NCBI GenBank assembly: GCA_000004985.1
Contig: GG738845.1
Length of the DNA stretch: 64,000 nt
Reading direction: 5' to 3' (one strand)
Source: Naegleria gruberi
Lineage: Eukaryota
In this document: piece after piece, positions 10,235 to 20,446 of the stretch
Layout of the letters: every line of letters begins with the position of its first letter
How positions within the stretch are numbered: the stretch's first letter is position 1
Notes under the pieces: model-generated
What the model was told of the DNA's origin: nothing
Seen by the model: the letters and a program-made list of their open reading frames with translations, nothing else
Database searches by the model: none
Program-made: the position numbers and the translations under genes

Positions 10235-12130
10235 ATGTTCCACCAAAGAATGTTTTTTTCTCTAACAATATATTGTAAAGATATGTTTATTGGTATTTTT
10301 ATTGCCTTAGAGAGCAAATCCAACAAGATTTACCAACACAATTTAATCTTGATTTCAAGAGAGAATGAGATGATTCATGCACCCTTGCTGCTAATAATAA
10401 AAAATTATTTAGAAAAAATGAAATTAACACAAATCAACTATCAAGAGGACGAAATAACAAAGGATTATTTGATTGGAGATTCTTGTCTAATCAATAATTT
10501 CGAATTAAAAGATACTAGGAATGATGAAATGAAGAGTTTAGAATTTATTTCCGATAACAATTCATCAATTTGTTTGTATGGTTTCCTTCAAAAACATCCA
10601 AGAAATACAACAAATTCTTTCTTCGTTAAGATTTTACATTTAAAACAGTGGAATTTTAGTGAAAGTGGAGATATTATTGTACAATCATCAAGATATTGGT
10701 ACAAATTATTGAATCCATCCCCTGAATATGCTCCAACATTTGATTTGTTCGAGCAAAGACATAATCTATGGAGAGAATTAAAACCTATTTTGATGAGTTG
10801 GACGAGCGATTTATCTAGATGTGAGGAAGAAGATGAATTGAGCATGATTAAAAACAACATTACTATTGAAAAAGTTTTGCAAAAATTACCGAACACAAAT
10901 GAAGATTATCTATTAGACCATGCCCAATTTTTATATGATCAAATACTTCAAGATACCTCATCCTTTTCCATTCATGGATCTGATGTGAATCAAATGATGA
11001 ACACTCCATTACTATTCTCATTAAAAGAGAACCGATTCAAAAAGAAAGAAAATCAAATGATCAAAATTACAAAAGAAACTGCCTTGATGGATGGTATAGA
11101 GCTATCAGATTCTGACTCATATGACGAAAAGGATTTTGGTACCACATCTGAAGATGAAAGTGAGGATACTAATAGTGAGCCCACACAAAGTAAATCAAAA
11201 AGAAGAAAATATAAAAAGAGAGAAACTCCTAATAAGAAGAAAAAAACCAATCATGAAGAAAAGGGTAAAAGACAAAAGAAGGCTATGAAACAAGTATACA
11301 CAACAGCACACAAAATGGAAGAAGGAATACCTTCACGAAATTATTTTTTAGAAAAAGAATTTTCACCTCAACTCCTTTCTGAGTTGAGTGTGAAATATGA
11401 ACCTGGAATATGTCATTCTGGTAAGTTGATTGATTTTACATTCCTTAATAACTTGAATTTCTAAGTATGCTTCCAATGCAAAAAGAGAAGAATAGCTTGC
11501 TATAAAGAAAGGCCTGCATGTTCCAATTGTCTGAAAGAAGGTCTTCAATGTACATACCCAGAACTTATGAGGCTTTCACGTATGTTTCTTATTTTGTAAT
11601 TAAATATTTAATATATTTACCTCCCAATAATAGCATGTGTTCCATGTGGAGAACGCGGTGGTAAAGTATGCAATAGAGAAAAACCAACCTGTGATATCTG
11701 TATAGAACGTAAGTATGATATTTTAATTTGGCATTTTAACATTTTGATATCAGGAAAAACCAATTGTTACTATTTTAGCTCTGATACTTTTCTCATTCTT
11801 GCAGAAAAGAATATTAATTCAGCAAAGGAACAAAACGAAGAAACCATTGAAAAGAAAACTAATATCACCACATGGAACGATGAAGCTTATTCTGAAATTT
11901 TAAAGGAAATGAATGAAAAGATTAACAAATATTCCAATGTTAAAGAAACAGAAATCTCAAAAATCCTTGAAAAAACAACCACTCAACAAAAGGTAACAAC
12001 AATGGAAGATCTTGAAGATTTGGAAGAACAAGTGGTAAGATGGAAAGCAAAAGCTGAAAAGGAAAAGAAAAAAAGGATTGGAATCAAAGAAAAATTAGAA
12101 CAATATATTGAAAAACTTGATGAACAATAG
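10235..12130 (+). CDS. Protein with two tandem Zn(II)2Cys6 binuclear-cluster motifs near the C-terminus plus C-terminal coiled coil (4 exons)
   Basis: Exons: 10235..11420, 11466..11579, 11634..11708, 11754..12130. Introns are 45, 54, 45 nt with 5' splice sites GTAAGT, GTATGT, GTAAGT. Exon 2 encodes CFQCKKRRIACYKERPACSNCLKEGLQC (C-x2-C-x6-C-x6-C-x2-C-x6-C). Exons 3+4 encode CVPCGERGGKVCNREKPTCDICIERKTNC (C-x2-C-x7-C-x6-C-x2-C-x6-C). This joins ORF 10235..11464 to ORF 11744..12130 in frame, giving about 583 aa. Acidic/basic low-complexity region upstream. Confidence 0.6.
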
Positions 12131-12141
12131 TAAATGTTACT

Positions 12142-13563
12142 TTATTCAAATTTTAAAACTAGCTTTCTAATTTTACACAAATCTCTAACCTTAGGTGGGG
12201 CAATTACAGGTTCGTAATGTGTGTTATCAACACCAAAATTAAATAATTCTTCGCGGTGTTGATTCACATTATTTTTAATATTGCCCATTTCTATCTCTGT
12301 AAAAATTCTACTTGATCTATAGTCATCTTCATTTTTCATTCTAATATTTGGTACTATTGAGTTTCTTTGACCTACCAAATCATCCCTCAAGATGATATTC
12401 GATAAATTCTTCCATTCTTCTTCAAAATTTTCAAAATCATCACTTTTAGAACTTGTCCATTTTCCAGTGACAAATGACGGAATAATTGGACCATATATTG
12501 TGTGGTCTTTTTCACCACCTCTTTTAACTTTTCTAGGGTGTAATGCTTTTGTTGTATAGTCAACATCCACAAAAGTCAATTTTGGTTTTTGTTGTTTTGA
12601 TGAATGTGAATTTTCATTAGCCTTATCTGAGTATGTATAAATGTTATTTTCGTTTTCATCGAGAGATTTATCACTAGAATCATCAGAAAAATCGATTTCT
12701 TCAACATCATTATCACTTTCATTTGCTCTTAATTGGGAGATAATGTTGATATCTACATCAAATTGTTCGTCATCATCTTTATCTGCAAACCGTTCTCTAG
12801 TCTCCTCGTTAACATATGTTTTTGAGGATGTGTTCTCCTGTTGTTGGGATAGAGTTTGACATTCTGCTGATTTCCAAAGATTTATCGCCCTTCTGGACAA
12901 GACATTAGTGACTGGTAACCTTGCTTGTGTGACAGTTACTTTTTCTTCAATTACTTCAGTAGCTCCAAACCAAAATCCTAATCCAATTAATAGTATTGAT
13001 ATGAGAATAATTACTGATATAAATCCTATAGAATAAAGAGTAAAATGAGAAATTATAAATCCACACGATATGCCAAACAATGTGCAAACAGATGTTATGG
13101 AAAGGTTAAATATTTTGTTAGGGTGAATTGACCGTTTTGTTGAAGTTGATTTTTGTTGAATCATTTCCTCATCCTCAAATTGGCTCAAGTTTTGGTAGTC
13201 TTGTAAGATTTTATCAACATCTATTACTGATTGAGGTAATTCTTGATCATTATTCTGTTCTGTGAAAGTGTCATCAGGTTTGTTTTGTTCCTTTTCATCA
13301 TCACTACTTTCAAAAAATTCCATGTCATCCGACGAATTTTCAGAATTATTAAAGTTTTTAATTTCCTGTAAGGAAGTAAACTGTGTTTTTTGATTTTTTT
13401 CTTCCAATTTTCTCCTTTGCTCAGATATAATATCATCATACTTATTGTCTATGCTAGTAGTCTCTATTTCTTGGTCACTTTCATCCCCTTCACTGTTGGC
13501 GAAAAATTCTTCTTCATCTATATTATCATCCTCTTGTGTTTCTTGAAGGGAATTTGAAGACAT
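12142..13563 (-). CDS. Hypothetical acidic Ser/Asp/Glu-rich protein with two central TM helices
   Basis: ORF 12142..13581; first ATG at 13563 (MSSNSLQETQEDD; the ORF-track start is TTG). Acidic CK2-like S/D/E clusters. Hydrophobic hairpin FGISCGFIISHFTLYSIGFISVIILISILLIGLGFWF. No family recognised. Confidence 0.4.
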   Translation of the reverse strand: MSSNSLQETQEDDNIDEEEFFANSEGDESDQEIETTSIDNKYDDIISEQRRKLEEKNQKTQFTSLQEIKNFNNSENSSDDMEFFESSDDEKEQNKPDDTFTEQNNDQELPQSVIDVDKILQDYQNLSQFEDEEMIQQKSTSTKRSIHPNKIFNLSITSVCTLFGISCGFIISHFTLYSIGFISVIILISILLIGLGFWFGATEVIEEKVTVTQARLPVTNVLSRRAINLWKSAECQTLSQQQENTSSKTYVNEETRERFADKDDDEQFDVDINIISQLRANESDNDVEEIDFSDDSSDKSLDENENNIYTYSDKANENSHSSKQQKPKLTFVDVDYTTKALHPRKVKRGGEKDHTIYGPIIPSFVTGKWTSSKSDDFENFEEEWKNLSNIILRDDLVGQRNSIVPNIRMKNEDDYRSSRIFTEIEMGNIKNNVNQHREELFNFGVDNTHYEPVIAPPKVRDLCKIRKLVLKFE

Positions 13564-13667
13564 TTTTTTATCTGTTTTCAATAATAATAATTCTTTGTAT
13601 GCTAAATAATAACATAAAAATTAATTATTTTTTAATAATTTATAATTTTATTCTAGTGATAATGGAT

Positions 13668-14510
13668 TTATCTTCTTTCTCTTCTTTCTCTCTTTGGATA
13701 TTCCTTCTTAACCTTCTTTTCAGAAAGGAACTTTGAGTGTTCAGCGAATGGAGAAACGAGTTGAGGATTGACGGTCCACAAATCTGGAGTCTTGAAGTTG
13801 TAAGTCTTCTTGATGGCAGCGAAAGTAGCAGAAACAAAGTTAGCAAGAGTCTTGGTGTTACCAACAGATGAAGTGAAAACATCAGAATAACCACCCAATG
13901 ACAAGAGCTTCTTTGGAACAGGGGAAGCAACCAAACCAGAACCACGAGGAGCAGGAACCAATCTGACTCTGACGGAACCGCACTTACCAGTCAATTTACA
14001 TGGAACAGTGTGTGGTTCACCGATCTTGTTACCCCAGTAACCCTTTCTGGTTGGAACAATGGACAACTTAGCCAAAATGATGGCACCTCTGATAGCAGTA
14101 GCAACTTCAGAAGCAACCTTGATACCCAAACCACAGTGTTGGACGGAGTCACCAACAACAACGACAGCCTTGAAACGAGTTCTTTGACCAGCAGTAGTTT
14201 GCTTTTGGACTGGAGAAATTCTCATGACTTCATCAGACAACTTTGAACCCAAGAAGTGATCAATGATTTGGTGTTCCTTGACTGGGATAGAGTGGACAAA
14301 GATGTCTCTAATATCCTTGACCTTACCTTCCTTGACCAATCTACCGAGCTTGGTGGTTGGGACCCATGAGCCGCTTTCGTCCTTTCTTGGACCTCTCTTT
14401 GGACCTCTCTTTCTTCTATCACCACCCTTTTGACCGAAGGTGTTTCTTCCTCTTCTTTCGCCAGCTTCTTGCTTTTGAACGTCAGTTGTTTGTTGCTTGT
14501 TATCGCTCAT
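13668..14510 (-). CDS. RPS2: 40S ribosomal protein S2 (uS5)
   Basis: 280-aa ORF. RG-rich N-terminus, then the highly conserved uS5 core [16 protein letters not shown]...[104 protein letters not shown] at 14510. Confidence 0.9.
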   Translation of the reverse strand: MSDNKQQTTDVQKQEAGERRGRNTFGQKGGDRRKRGPKRGPRKDESGSWVPTTKLGRLVKEGKVKDIRDIFVHSIPVKEHQIIDHFLGSKLSDEVMRISPVQKQTTAGQRTRFKAVVVVGDSVQHCGLGIKVASEVATAIRGAIILAKLSIVPTRKGYWGNKIGEPHTVPCKLTGKCGSVRVRLVPAPRGSGLVASPVPKKLLSLGGYSDVFTSSVGNTKTLANFVSATFAAIKKTYNFKTPDLWTVNPQLVSPFAEHSKFLSEKKVKKEYPKRERRERR

Positions 14511-14850
14511 GTTGACTTTTTTTTTCGAACAAATTTTTAAAGTTGAGTCGTTCTTTTTCGCTTTTTACAATAATTTTTTTTATTCCAACAACAAACCTCG
14601 GTAAACAATTTGAACTTGCCGCCTTCAACAGAACAATTTTAATGAAAAACCAATCTTGTATTCTTATAATTAATAGGAAGATAAACATTATTCCTTTCTC
14701 TTTTCTGTTTTAAAAAGATTCATGATGACTCTACTACTTTTCATCGTAGCCATAACTAATAAAAATTTCATCTTTCAATCTCTACTGACATTTTATTAAA
14801 AAAAAGACTTTTGCACCTACCTGCCATCCTTCATCAGTGTACATTCAAAT

Positions 14851-15635
14851 ATGGCACCACAAAAACAAAGTTTGGATCATGTTCATGAAAAGATTGTTGT
14901 TCTCGGTTCTGGAGGTGTTGGTACGTACACAAATTTATTGTCACAATAATCCCACCAATTTGAAAAGGAAAATCTGCTGTCATTTTGCAGTTTATTCAAT
15001 CGGTTTTTGTGGAAGTTTATGATCCAACATTGGAGGATTCATACAAGAAGGAGATTATTATAGATTCCACTCCTGTTACTTTAGAAATTATTGATACAGC
15101 CGGACAAGGTAGGTTTAATTTTGAAAAAGAATAACTTATTATTATTATTTTGAATTTAAATAGAGGAGTTGACAAGGTAAGAGATTTTTATGGTGGAAAT
15201 ATTTACATACATTTCATCAGTTTACGTGATAATTATGTTAAAAATGGGGATGGATTTCTTCTTGTTTATTCAATAACTTCGAGTCAATCTTTTGAGGAAA
15301 TTGAAGATTTGATTGAACAAATTATGAGAGCTAAGAATATTGATTCTGAAAACCCAACAGAATTATCAAAAAATTTATCTGCTGTCATTATTGGAAATAA
15401 AGCAGATTTACAAAATGAGAGAGCAGTATCTAATCAATCATTACAAAAACTAGGAGAAAGATTCAAAGGTAAAATTCCAATATTTGAAACATCAGCAAAG
15501 GAGAAAATTAACATTGAGGAGTCTTTCATGGCATTGGCAAGACAAATTTTTGATAAAAAGACAGGTAAACAGCCTGCCAAAAAAGAAGGTGGAACATCTT
15601 CAAATAGCTCAGAATCGTGTTGTATTCTTTTATAA
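14851..15635 (+). CDS. Ras-family small GTPase (Ras/Rap-like, CAAX CILL), 4 exons including a 13-nt micro-exon
   Basis: Exons 14851..14920, 14968..15108, 15164..15176, 15221..15635; introns 47, 55, 44 nt. Spliced product [91 protein letters not shown]...IIGNKADL...ETSAK...CCILL. G1 GxGGVGKS, effector loop [9 protein letters not shown], G3 DTAGQE, G4 NKxD and SAK are all present only after splicing. The micro-exon encodes (E)ELT. Confidence 0.8.
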
Positions 15636-15778
15636 ATAATTTTATTACCATACTTTAATTTTAAACTACGTTGCATGAGGAAATGCCTTATTGTTAGTAT
15701 TGATATTCATGTTGCTTTTTTCTTCAATTATGGAAATTTTCAAAATCGCAATTAATTGCGTTTGTATTATTTTAAAAA

Positions 15779-16528
15779 ATGATTAAACGTGTTTCATCAT
15801 CTGCTTTAAAAACTAAATTACCTTCTCTCAACCTCTTGTTAGAAAAGTGTTATCAGACAAAATCCTTTTCCACTGAAGTAAATAGTGATGGAGTAGATAA
15901 AAGTGGATTAATTTGGAGAGAACCGGAAGAACTTGAAGATGAAATGAATATCAAAGGAATGATAAGAGTAGATCATGCAGGTGAATTAGGAGCAGTGACC
16001 ATTTGCAAATCTCATAAAATTGTACTAGGAGAGGATCCGATTGTTAATGAAATTTTGAGTCAAGAGGTTGATCATTTTGCAACTTTTGACAAAATGATAT
16101 TGGAACGAAGAGTAAGGCCAACCATTTTCAGGTCATTATGGCAACCTGCTGGTGTCATGTTAGGTGTTGGTACTGCCATGATGGGTAGAAATTATGCTAT
16201 GGCTTGTCATGAAGCAATTGAAAATACTATTTTCGATCACTACAATGAACAATTAAGAGATATTTATGACATGTCTATTAAGAAGACAGAGGAAAAGAAA
16301 GAATCAGACTCGGAAACTGATTACTATTTCAAATCAGATCATCAAAGACAGGAAATTCAAGAAAAAGATCTCAGAGATATAATTAAACAATACAGAGATG
16401 AAGAATTACATCATCATGATATTGCAAGAGATGCCAATACTGAAAAGGAAAATTTACTTTACAAATTAACTTATGGATTTGTATCAACAGGATGTTCTAT
16501 TGTTATTGCTCTTACCAAGAGACTTTAA
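15779..16528 (+). CDS. COQ7: Ubiquinone biosynthesis monooxygenase COQ7 (demethoxyubiquinone hydroxylase), mitochondrial
   Basis: 249-aa ORF. Di-iron carboxylate motifs MIRVDHAGELGA, EVDHFATF, RVRPT, AMACHEAIENTIFDHYNEQL, YRDEELHHHD and a C-terminal GC..VIAL..RL, all aligning with CLK-1/COQ7. Presequence-like N-terminus. Confidence 0.85.
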   Translation: MIKRVSSSALKTKLPSLNLLLEKCYQTKSFSTEVNSDGVDKSGLIWREPEELEDEMNIKGMIRVDHAGELGAVTICKSHKIVLGEDPIVNEILSQEVDHFATFDKMILERRVRPTIFRSLWQPAGVMLGVGTAMMGRNYAMACHEAIENTIFDHYNEQLRDIYDMSIKKTEEKKESDSETDYYFKSDHQRQEIQEKDLRDIIKQYRDEELHHHDIARDANTEKENLLYKLTYGFVSTGCSIVIALTKRL

Positions 16529-16615
16529 CTCTAGTTAATAATGATTTTATCATTGTTCATTGGGTAATCAGGGACATTATTTCGAATAATTACTTGATTT
16601 TGAAAATCAATAAAA

Positions 16616-17545
16616 CTACACTTGTTGTGTGGGTACTTTTACAAATTTAAAAAAACAATCGCTGTTTGACCCTATGGTATTTTCACTTCCAAACCAATAC
16701 TCAAATCTCTTTTGTTTCATAATTTGTTTGATTTTGCAATGTGTTGTTTCCTCTTTCCTACTAATCTTGAAAATTTTACTCTTTTTAACTCTAACCTTCT
16801 CCCAACATATAAATTCTGATGGTGATCCATACTTGGAAGAAATGATTAACTTCATATTTTCAAGCAAACTAAAAGGAAAATTATTTGAAACATCACTTGC
16901 AGTAATTGTGACATTCAATTCTGGACAGGTGAGCATTGGAGGTTCCTTTACTTCATTCCTTTTGTCATTGAATTGGATAAGAAAGGCATTGATAGACTTA
17001 TCTTCTCCAACCATAAATGATGCTTGAATGATAGTCTCTCCTCTATTTACATCCAAATCATACATCATTGTATCCATGATACCAATATTTGTATTAGGCC
17101 CATTAATCGATGAATGAAAAGTTCTAAAAGCATTAATTCCAAATATTTGGATCAATTCTGAAAATGTACTAGAATCACAGAGAGCCAATTTGGAAAATGG
17201 ATCGAATATTATTGTTTCTCGATTGCCATCATCTTGCTTTTGTAATTGAATATATTGAATATATGTTAATGATTGAAAATATTCTTGTAATTTGGAAAAT
17301 ATTTGACCGTCAGGACTATAAAAATTACTCTTAATGATTGATTGTATTGGTGTAATACTCTTTTCCACATCCAGAATATGAGATATATGAATCCATATTG
17401 GATTTTCCTTGACCAATTCTCGTATTTCCTTATTGATATTGAATAAAACAGAAATAAAATCAATCTTATCCACTGCAAATTCCAAAACAGTTAAAATAAT
17501 TTCTTTTGGTAAATCCGTGAACTTTTGCTTGGTTGGTAGCAACAT
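16616..17545 (-). CDS. F-box domain protein, otherwise uncharacterised
   Basis: 309-aa ORF; ATG at 17545. N-terminal F-box-like motif DLPKEIILTVLEFAVDKIDFISVLFNINKEIRELV. Rest not recognised. Confidence 0.45.
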   Translation of the reverse strand: MLLPTKQKFTDLPKEIILTVLEFAVDKIDFISVLFNINKEIRELVKENPIWIHISHILDVEKSITPIQSIIKSNFYSPDGQIFSKLQEYFQSLTYIQYIQLQKQDDGNRETIIFDPFSKLALCDSSTFSELIQIFGINAFRTFHSSINGPNTNIGIMDTMMYDLDVNRGETIIQASFMVGEDKSINAFLIQFNDKRNEVKEPPMLTCPELNVTITASDVSNNFPFSLLENMKLIISSKYGSPSEFICWEKVRVKKSKIFKISRKEETTHCKIKQIMKQKRFEYWFGSENTIGSNSDCFFKFVKVPTQQV

Positions 17546-17663
17546 GTTAACAATAGCTTGATTTGATGCGATGGTAGTGTGGATGTTTTTTTAATTTTTT
17601 GAATTTAAAAATAGGATTCTGTATTACAATAAAATTCTAATAATAAAAATTGCTTGACAAAAT

Positions 17664-19385
17664 ATGACGGAACAATGCAACACAACAAACCAAAATTTGA
17701 ACATCACTATGGAAGATATCCAATTAACTACAACCCCTCCTTCGAAGCTACAAACAATAGATAGGAGAAAAAACTTTGTTAATAGAAATGATCTGGTGAG
17801 ATTGATTGTGCAAGCATTGTATACTTTGGATTATAAAGAAAGTGCAGATTTGTTGGAAAAAGAGTCTGGCATTGATTACCTTTCAAAAGATATTTTACAG
17901 TTAAAAAATTGTATTTTAAAAGGAGATTGGAATCAATCACTCAATATAATTGATCAAACACTAAACAACTCAAATTGTAAGAATATTAATGCCGTAAAGT
18001 ATTACATACTCGAGGAAAAATATATGGAACAACTTTGTGATAGAAATGCAGAAAAAGCATTGATTACTTTAAGAGAAGAGATTACTCCTCTTGTAGTATC
18101 AATTCCCACTCAAAACAATTATACTTCTACTGTTACTAACAATAGTACAATAACTGTACATAATTTACAACAATTAGCAAGTTATCTTGTTTGCACTAAT
18201 ATAGAAGATTTGAAAAATTTGTCTAAATGGAAAAGTATCGAAGGTGGATCAAGAAATGAACTTTTGGAACAAATTCAAAAATTGATTTCCCCTTCATTGA
18301 TTATTCCAGAAAACAAATTAGAACAACTATTATTAACTGCCGTAGAAAATCAAAAAAGAGATTCAATGAGTGATGAGGATATTGATGAAAATGATATGGA
18401 TGAGTCTGAAGATGGAGTTGTATTGTTGAGCAAAAAGTTTTCAATTAATGAAGAAACTTCCATTAGGAAAATTCCAAACAAGATACTACTTACTTTGGAG
18501 GATCACGGTGACGAAGTTTGGATATGTAAATTTTCTAATAATGGACAATTACTGGCAACTTCTAGTATTGACCATTGTATCAATATTTATTCTGTTGAAG
18601 AAGTGTTATCGATAGAAAAAACGAGCCCAAAATTCAAATTACTTTCCTCTGGAAATGTAGTATCACTTTGCTTTTCCCCGGATGATAAGGATTTGCTAGC
18701 TGCAACATGTGACGGAAACGTACACATCTGGAATATTGTTAGTGGTGAACAAAGGGCTTGTTTGAAAAATTTTTCAAATATTGTGGCAGCTTTTTGGAAT
18801 GAAAGTGGGAATCAATTTATTACTATTTCTTCTGAAAAAAGCTCACAAATATCTGTTTGGGAGAAAGATTCAGTTACCATTACAAAATCATTCAAAATTG
18901 ATACACGTATTCAGGATGCTTCTTTATTGAAAGATAATTTAATTATCGTGGCTACTCATGAAAGACAATTACTTTGTTACAATTTGGAGGAGAAAAAACT
19001 TGTAGAGAAAATGAGTGAGGATTATCTCATAACAAGTCTCTGTTCTAGTAAGACTGGAAGATTTGTATTGGTTTCTTTCTGTTCTGAAGATGAAGATGAA
19101 CCTGCTTTAATTCATTTATGGGATTTAAGGGAAAAGAAGATTATTTCAACATTTGAAGGTCTTTGGTCTTTAAAATATGTGATGAGACCAATTTTTATGG
19201 GAAGAGATTTGGTGAGTTGTGGAAGTGAAGATTGTAAAATTTATATTTGGAACAAATCTACTGGTGAGCTTATTGAGACTCTTACTGGTCATTCAGGAGT
19301 TGTAAACTCTGTCGATTACAATGTAAAGTTTGGACTGATAGCTTCTGCCAGTGACGATACAACAGTAAAGATTTGGCGTGATTAA
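17664..19385 (+). CDS. LisH-CTLH-WD40 protein (WDR26/Gid7-like)
   Basis: 573-aa ORF. LisH-like LVRLIVQALYTLDYKESADLLEKESGI and CTLH-like DILQLKNCILKGDWNQSLNIID. C-terminal WD40 repeats (e.g. GHSGVVNSVDYNVKFGLIASASDDTTVKIWR). Confidence 0.7.
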   Translation: MTEQCNTTNQNLNITMEDIQLTTTPPSKLQTIDRRKNFVNRNDLVRLIVQALYTLDYKESADLLEKESGIDYLSKDILQLKNCILKGDWNQSLNIIDQTLNNSNCKNINAVKYYILEEKYMEQLCDRNAEKALITLREEITPLVVSIPTQNNYTSTVTNNSTITVHNLQQLASYLVCTNIEDLKNLSKWKSIEGGSRNELLEQIQKLISPSLIIPENKLEQLLLTAVENQKRDSMSDEDIDENDMDESEDGVVLLSKKFSINEETSIRKIPNKILLTLEDHGDEVWICKFSNNGQLLATSSIDHCINIYSVEEVLSIEKTSPKFKLLSSGNVVSLCFSPDDKDLLAATCDGNVHIWNIVSGEQRACLKNFSNIVAAFWNESGNQFITISSEKSSQISVWEKDSVTITKSFKIDTRIQDASLLKDNLIIVATHERQLLCYNLEEKKLVEKMSEDYLITSLCSSKTGRFVLVSFCSEDEDEPALIHLWDLREKKIISTFEGLWSLKYVMRPIFMGRDLVSCGSEDCKIYIWNKSTGELIETLTGHSGVVNSVDYNVKFGLIASASDDTTVKIWRD

Positions 19386-19438
19386 AAATATTTTCAACAT
19401 AAAAAATCTATTACTTAGTTACACCTCGGAACGATACT

Positions 19439-20397
19439 ATGAACAATCAAGTTAATAATAAATCAAAGCCAAAGTACATGTATAAAATTATTTTTGTTGG
19501 AGATAGTACTTGTGGAAAGACGTATGTAATTTATGATCAAATAATAATTGATATTATTTTGGATTTTATTAAAGAGCATTTATTCAACAATATGTAAATA
19601 ATTACTTCTCCAAGACTTATAAATCAACTCTAGGTGTGGACTTCTCATATAAAGAGTATGACTATGATGAAAATACATGTTTTAATTTACAAGTAGGTTA
19701 ATATTTATGTAACTTATTAATTATTCCAAATCAAAGTTTTGGGTAAGTTTTGTATTTTCATATTATGTTTAATCGAATAATAGGATATTGCAGGACAGGA
19801 AAGGTTTGTTTTGGATATTATTAATTATTATAAAAATTGTTAAAGATTCGGAAGTAAGTACTTTCCCAATTGTTCCAATAATTAACAAAGATTAAAGCCA
19901 TGACAAGTGTTTTTTATAGAGATGCTGTTGTTGCTGTGATTATGTATGATGTGACAAATCCTGTGACATTTGATCATACTAAAGATTGGAAAATTGATAT
20001 TGATTCAAAAGTTTTTCTTCCACCACTCAATGAAAATGATTCTGATGATATTCCAATACCTTGTATTCTAGTTGGAAATAAGATTGATTTAAACAAACAT
20101 GAGAAGCTTAATTTCAAACCAAACGAATTGGATGAATATGTTAAAAAACATGGATTTGCTGGATGGGTTGAAACAAGTGCAAAAGATAGGACAAATATGG
20201 ATAAGGCTGTAAAAATGATAGTGGAACAGGTATTAAAATATCACGAGAAGGAAGTTCAAAGAGAAATTAGACCAGAAAATCCAATGGCAATCAATATCGA
20301 TAAGCTTGTTGGAGATATGCCAAAGAGTGACGATGGATTGAATTCTGAGGATGCCAAGAAAAAGAATTCGTCTTCAGGATCTTGTTGTTCTAAATAA
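19439..20397 (+). CDS. Rab32/Rab38-family small GTPase, 6 exons including 6-, 20- and 8-nt micro-exons
   Basis: Exons 19439..19521, 19575..19692, 19737..19742 (ttttgg = FW), 19784..19803, 19846..19853, 19898..20397; introns 53, 44, 41, 42, 44 nt. Spliced product ...KIIFVGDSTCGKTTAFIQQYVNNYFSKTYKSTLGVDFSYK...[53 protein letters not shown]...ILVGNKIDL...ETSAK...CCSK. Junctions match the vertebrate Rab32 string [31 protein letters not shown] residue for residue. The ORF track sees only the last exon (19900..20397). Confidence 0.75.
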
Positions 20398-20446
20398 TCA
20401 TTTATAAAACATATGGAAATTCCAAACTTGACATTCAAGTAAAAAA

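Noticed and set aside
11744-12130. ORF-track 'starts' at TTG/GTG codons (e.g. 11744, 13581, 15150, 29621, 31761, 44257, 45684, 46070, 50491, 54938, 55333, 59713, 63968) suggesting independent small genes
   Set aside because: The track evidently allows alternative start codons. These 'M' residues sit at intron-exon junctions or upstream of the first real ATG of a eukaryotic gene. I treated them as exon fragments or trimmed them to the first ATG.
14837-15022. 61-aa ORF overlapping the Ras locus
   Set aside because: It is a read-through of Ras exon 1 into intron 1 in the wrong frame (MYIQIW...). The true gene uses ATG 14851 and splices at 14921.
19737-19742. Alternative Rab32 model skipping the 6-nt exon (NLQ joined directly to DIAGQE)
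   Set aside because: It would delete the invariant Trp of the WDxAGQE switch-II motif. The hexamer ttttgg is perfectly flanked by AG and GTAAGT and is in phase. Kept as the preferred model but flagged for experimental confirmation.
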